This document shows positions 59,336-64,000 of a DNA stretch of 64,000 nt, piece by piece. The DNA lies in assembly GCA_965216755.1 (NCBI GenBank), contig CBDCGL010000011.1:4320001-4384000 (forward strand), in the 5' to 3' direction. The stretch's first letter is position 1. Each line of letters begins with the position of its first letter. The stretch comes from Alphaproteobacteria bacterium. Its GTDB lineage: Bacteria > Pseudomonadota > Alphaproteobacteria > UBA7887. A model generated the notes under the pieces. It did not search any database and was not told the DNA's origin. It was given only the letters and a program-made list of their open reading frames with translations. A program made the position numbers and the translations under genes.

Positions 59336-60562
59336 TCACGACGAATGGCAGCCAGGCACACGCCGATCCGGCGGTGTCGGGGGCGAGCTGCGGTCGACCG
59401 TCGTCCAATGCTCCACGTAACCAAGTTGAATCAATGTGGTGCGGGCGCGGACCCACCCTTCGAGGCGTGTCGTGGCCAGTTGCGCCAGTTCCGCACGGGA
59501 GCTGGGGCGCATTTGGCCGGGCGACTGCTGCGCTTGGTTCTTGATCAGTGATTGGACTGCTTCAACGGCGCTTTGAGCCGCATCGGCCAGTGCCGCTTCT
59601 CGGGCGAGATAGTGCTGCTCAAATTCCTGCCGTGCCCAAGGTGCGCACCGCGTGACGTCGCCAACGGGCGGGTGCCGCCAGCAACTGTGCAACCCACACG
59701 AGGCCAACTGGCACCGCACCTGATACCACGACAAGGCCTGGCGCAATATTTGGTTAATCAGGTCGACATGCATCTCGGCCATTTCGGCATGATCGGCACA
59801 CGATTCTCGGAAATCGGCAAGTGTGCGCAGAAGCGACAAGACCAGCGTCAAGCGACCCGCAATATCTGCGTGGCGGTCCTGATCATCGACCGTTCGTGAC
59901 GATCGGCGCAGTCTCTGCCATTCACATTGAAATAGGTGCTGCACAAATGATTGCGGGAGTGCTGCGATAGAGCCAAGCAACGAACCACGAAACTGGATTG
60001 TGCGTTCAATGGCGTGCGGGTTGCTGATGAGATCGATCGGTCCGAATAAGTCAAAGATCGAACGGTGCCAGGCCAGCACAACAGGAAACGTGCTTGTTGT
60101 CCCCTCGTTGGCCAAAACCGTATCGCATGTCGGCGGTTCATCAAGCGGTGCTTGTGGCACTATGCCAACCACATGGTTGTCGTCGCGGTGCGCAATGTGT
60201 GCTTGGATGACTGCCGCGCCGGTTCGTTGCCGGCAATGCACCAAGCCGGCGATATAGTCGGGCGCCAAGTGCTTGTCGAGTCCGCCCAGAATGACAAAGT
60301 CGCCGCGCGCTCGCGCCATCATTTCATTGATCCGGGCGATTCGCGCAAAATCGTCGTCACCCACTGGCCCATCCAACAGCCGCCATTGCGGCGAGCCACC
60401 GGATGTCTCGCGGATAGCCGTCCATAGCGCCGTGTCTATCGCGGACCCGCTGGACACGATGACCTCGGTGGGCGGCAAGGTTTGCGCTAACAGGGCGTGT
60501 ACGGCATCCGACGCCACCGAGCCGTCGCCACGATCGCAAGGCAAAAGATACGAGATTTTCAT
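59336..60562 (-). CDS. Divergent GT2-like glycosyltransferase
   Basis: ISYLLP...ALLAQT...EVIV...N....ARGDFVIL; canonical DxD replaced by GLD. Confidence 0.55.
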   Translation of the reverse strand: MKISYLLPCDRGDGSVASDAVHALLAQTLPPTEVIVSSGSAIDTALWTAIRETSGGSPQWRLLDGPVGDDDFARIARINEMMARARGDFVILGGLDKHLAPDYIAGLVHCRQRTGAAVIQAHIAHRDDNHVVGIVPQAPLDEPPTCDTVLANEGTTSTFPVVLAWHRSIFDLFGPIDLISNPHAIERTIQFRGSLLGSIAALPQSFVQHLFQCEWQRLRRSSRTVDDQDRHADIAGRLTLVLSLLRTLADFRESCADHAEMAEMHVDLINQILRQALSWYQVRCQLASCGLHSCWRHPPVGDVTRCAPWARQEFEQHYLAREAALADAAQSAVEAVQSLIKNQAQQSPGQMRPSSRAELAQLATTRLEGWVRARTTLIQLGYVEHWTTVDRSSPPTPPDRRVPGCHSS

Positions 60563-60599
60563 TGCGGTCGTGCCAGATCCGTCAGCGAGAACGGTCGGA

Positions 60600-61406
60600 T
60601 CACGGTGTGACGCCAATCGGGACGTCGTGGCGTCGCAGCGCCCAGCGCCAAACGCCGCTACCGGATTCGGCAACCATGGCGGGACTTTGCAGGCCATGGA
60701 GTGCGCGTGCATTATGAATCAGCAAGGCATCGCCTGGGGCCATGACGGCCATGCCGGCACGTCCGGCGGCGACGATGTGGTGGTCGAGAAAATGGCCAAA
60801 CTCGGATATCAGCCGACGTACCAACGGGTCGCCGCCATCGACGATGTATGATGGGTCCCATGTGATCGTCCACCCGCCCGGGCCACCGCGAAAGACAGGT
60901 GTCAAATGACCCCCGCCATCCAAGCGTGCGAACCGAAGGGGTAAATTCGTCAGCTGCGCCCAAAGTCGCGGGACCGACATTTCGGCAGTCGCGGCAATGC
61001 ATCCCGCGTCGGCGAACACAATCCCGTGTCGCAAGATGGTGCCGACCGGCATCCCGATCAGGACCAGGTCGGGCGTTGCCGAATCATCGGCGCCGGCGGC
61101 GTGCAACGGCTCGTCGACCAAGGTTCGTCCCAGCGCGGGCGTGGTCACGAACGTCGATGCGATGTCTGTAGGTTCGGGGGGTGGCAAAACCGGCCAACGC
61201 CTCGGACGCCCGGCGGCGACGGTCTCCGAAAGCCTGATATCGCCCATGGCGGCGGCGATCGCGCGCCAGCATTCCTGATCGGCAAGCCCGAAGCCAAGCC
61301 CCACGACATGGGTCACCAAGGCGTCATCCACGGCTGTGGCCAAGCGCGCGGCAACTGATGGCGGTTTGGCGTCAGATAGATCCAGCCTTCGATACAACGC
61401 GTTCAT
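60600..61406 (-). CDS. Degenerate TauD/TfdA-like dioxygenase
   Basis: PGDALLIHNARALHG C-terminal motif; PLHAAG instead of HxD. Confidence 0.55.
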   Translation of the reverse strand: MNALYRRLDLSDAKPPSVAARLATAVDDALVTHVVGLGFGLADQECWRAIAAAMGDIRLSETVAAGRPRRWPVLPPPEPTDIASTFVTTPALGRTLVDEPLHAAGADDSATPDLVLIGMPVGTILRHGIVFADAGCIAATAEMSVPRLWAQLTNLPLRFARLDGGGHLTPVFRGGPGGWTITWDPSYIVDGGDPLVRRLISEFGHFLDHHIVAAGRAGMAVMAPGDALLIHNARALHGLQSPAMVAESGSGVWRWALRRHDVPIGVTP

Positions 61407-61742
61407 ACCCAACGCTTGCCCCAGTCTTGGCTGTCGCGCGCACGCATCATGCCCATCCCTGCCGGGGCATAAATTTGTCGTGACGGCCCTGTGGGCTTCG
61501 CGGTGTGTTGGGAGAATCAGCACGCATGAGTGATCGTTTTGCACAGGCGACGGAACGCCGCACAATACGGACGCAAACCTTAAGAAAGTGTGCCGCTTCA
61601 GCCTGTGTGGCCGAAAAAGAGACGCCCTCCCGACGGCCGGGGAGGCACGGCCGCCTGGAGGACGAGGGATGGTTGCGCGGCGCCCCGGGACGCGGGTGGG
61701 GACGCTGTTTCGGGCCTGTGTGACCCGAGGGACGGTCGGCCT

Positions 61743-62468
61743 CTAGGGGCCTGTTGCGCCCCGGTTAACGTCGCGCAACCAAGGCAAGGTTTCGAGTTCG
61801 TCGGGAAGCGGTTCGATCATCACCGTGTCGCGCCGCTGCGTTCGTGGCTCCGGCTTGGCCGCGGCGTGGGCGCGGGGACCATTGCACGAAGACAATTCGT
61901 GGTAGCGATCTTGGCAATCGATGAATCCTTCGGCGCGGGTTTGGCGCAAATGGTCCGTCAAGCTTGCCGTCAGTTCACCGGTGAGGGGCAAGCCATGGTC
62001 GCGTTGGTAACGACGCACGGCGGCCTGGGTTCGTGGTCCGGTGATGCCGTCGATGGGGCCAGTGTAATATCCCAGGTGATTGAGCATCATCTGTGTATCG
62101 GCGGTCAGGCGCGGGGCGTAGTACCTGCGGCGTGGGCTGGCGGTCGGTTCATGAAAAGGTGCCGCCGCATAGATTTTCGGCATAGCGAATTTTAGATGGT
62201 TGAGCAGCATATCGGTGGCGTGGCCATCGATCGGCAAATCGGCGTCGCGTTGGTAAAGGCGAATCGCGTTGATCGTATGCCGGCCGACAATGCCGTCGGC
62301 GGGCCCAGCGTAGTAGCCGTGGGCGGTCAGCTCTTCTTGTATGGCGCGAATATAAGCGTCGCGCATAACGGACGGCATTTCGTCGACCAAGACGGTGGCA
62401 GTGACGCTGGTCGCCGTCAACTGAAGCGCCAGGACGGTGCAGAGCATGGCGGTCAATATTCTATGCAT
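61743..62468 (-). CDS. Secreted protein with two peptidoglycan-binding (PG_binding_1) domains
   Basis: Two Q..L...GYY.GP.DGI.G..T..A.R.YQRD..LP..G repeats. Confidence 0.85.
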   Translation of the reverse strand: MHRILTAMLCTVLALQLTATSVTATVLVDEMPSVMRDAYIRAIQEELTAHGYYAGPADGIVGRHTINAIRLYQRDADLPIDGHATDMLLNHLKFAMPKIYAAAPFHEPTASPRRRYYAPRLTADTQMMLNHLGYYTGPIDGITGPRTQAAVRRYQRDHGLPLTGELTASLTDHLRQTRAEGFIDCQDRYHELSSCNGPRAHAAAKPEPRTQRRDTVMIEPLPDELETLPWLRDVNRGATGP

Positions 62469-63082
62469 AAGGATCTCGCCCCATTGCGGCCACGCCGCAA
62501 GTTTCTTAGGTGACAACGTTGATACAATGGCCGAATGACACTGAATGGGACCTGAGCATGGCGTTCATCCAGCGTTCAGGTTCAAGCACCCCACACAAGT
62601 GCTGTTTTCCCGCCACGTCTGGCTGGTGATTTTGGCCACCGTGGCGGTGAAGTTCAGGGTCGTCACAGACACTGATCATGATTACATGGTGGCAGTCGCG
62701 GTTTTAGTACGCGTTTGCATGCGCTAATCGGCACGTCGCTAAATATTGCGCGGAAGATGGTCGTGTGACATTTGATTCGGCGCGCGGCAATGCTGATCGG
62801 CGGGCGCCAGAACAAAATCACATTATGGTTCCTAATCTCGTCGCAAAGTCTTGACCAATCGGGCCAATAGGGTTCATGTTACGTTTTTGGGGGTCGACCC
62901 ACATATGTCTTGTTTATGGCCAGAGTTCCGATTGGAAATGCGGCGTCGTAGACTTTGGCTAAGGGCAAGGACATAGTGGATTACGGAATTGCTCGAACAA
63001 GATGGATTTCGACCATATTCAGGCAGCCGACAGAACGCCGGGGCAACGTGATGCGGCTGTCGGGGATGGGGCGAATAAGCAC

Positions 63083-63748
63083 ATGCGCATAGTTGCATTT
63101 GCATCCCAGAAAGGGGGTTCGGGCAAGACGACTCTCGCTGGGCATATTGCGGTTCAAGCGGAACGGGCCGGTGATGGCCCAGTTGCGCTTATCGACACCG
63201 ATCCGCAGGGCAGTCTATCTGACTGGTGGAACGAACGATCCCAAGAGACGCCGGTGTTCGTGCAGACTTCGGTCGAGCGCTTGTCAGAAGACATCGAACG
63301 TGTTCGTGCTTTGGGCGTCAACTTGCTGATTATCGATACCCCACCGGCGATCACGCACACGATTGGCATGGTGGTTGAGGTTGCGGATCTGGTGGTTATT
63401 CCGACGCGGCCAAGTCCTCACGATCTGCGGGCCGCCGGGGCAACTGTGGCATTGGTTGAGGACGCCAATAAACCTTTGGTGTTTGTGATCAATGGCGCCG
63501 CGCAAAGGGCGCGTATTACGGCGGAAGCTGCGATCGCGTTGTCACAGCACGGTGCGTTGGCACCGGCGATCGTGCATCAGAGGGTGGACTTCGCGGCATC
63601 GATGATCGACGGTCGTACGGTCATGGAACTTGACGGGCGCAGCCGGTCGCCGTCCGAAGTGGTCGAACTTTGGCGCTATTTGCGGGATTGCCTGGATGGC
63701 AAGTTGCAACGACCCATGCGTTCTTTGGAAAGTGCTGTTACGGCGTGA
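63083..63748 (+). CDS. ParA family ATPase
   Basis: QKGGSGKTT, IDTDPQGS, IIDTPP, IPTRPSPHDL. Confidence 0.9.
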   Translation: MRIVAFASQKGGSGKTTLAGHIAVQAERAGDGPVALIDTDPQGSLSDWWNERSQETPVFVQTSVERLSEDIERVRALGVNLLIIDTPPAITHTIGMVVEVADLVVIPTRPSPHDLRAAGATVALVEDANKPLVFVINGAAQRARITAEAAIALSQHGALAPAIVHQRVDFAASMIDGRTVMELDGRSRSPSEVVELWRYLRDCLDGKLQRPMRSLESAVTA

Positions 63749-63830
63749 TCGGTAGGCACGGGAAAGGGGGCGCCCGCCAGCGCGGCTGGTATATATGCCC
63801 GTCCGAACCACACGCAATTCAGGGAATGTT

Positions 63831-64000
63831 GTGAGCGAAAAGAAGAAGCCTGCGTCCTTAACAAGTGGTCTATTGGCCCGCAAAGGGGGCGCAAGTCCCG
63901 CAGGTCGGCGTGATCGGGCGTCTGCCAAGTCTGTCGGTACACCAAATATCCGTAGCGATGAGGTGCCAACCGCAAACCGTTCCGCCGGAAGCCTATCGCT
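63831..64000 (+). CDS. Partial CDS, probable ParA partner protein
   Basis: Manual translation MSEKKKPASLTSGLLARKGGASPA..., open to the window end. Confidence 0.6.
   Translation, partial: MSEKKKPASLTSGLLARKGGASPAGRRDRASAKSVGTPNIRSDEVPTANRSAGSLS

Overview
High-GC chromosomal window, most consistent with an alphaproteobacterium (inferred from phbB, two cpaF paralogues, CtrA-like boxes and CTAG-ended palindromic repeats). No rRNA, tRNA, CRISPR array, integrase or transposase was seen. Much of the window encodes envelope and biofilm-matrix functions: (1) a 1660-aa RTX/vWA adhesin with a TAAG motif; (2) a Fap-like functional-amyloid locus made of a VpsR-like sigma54 activator, a FapF-like channel and a convergent operon of Gly/Ala/Asn-rich secreted subunits plus a C39 peptidase, preceded by a canonical sigma54 promoter; (3) two convergent CpaF/TadA ATPases and an MshEN-like AAA ATPase; (4) a two-gene alginate synthase unit in which Alg8 is fused to a beta-helix domain, followed by Alg44 and divergent from eda-kdgK. 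Several of these are predicted c-di-GMP effectors. The rest is metabolic and housekeeping genes, a decayed carotenoid-oxygenase/TetR pair, miniature palindromic repeats and candidate sRNAs. All calls come from motif recognition by eye; no database searches were run.
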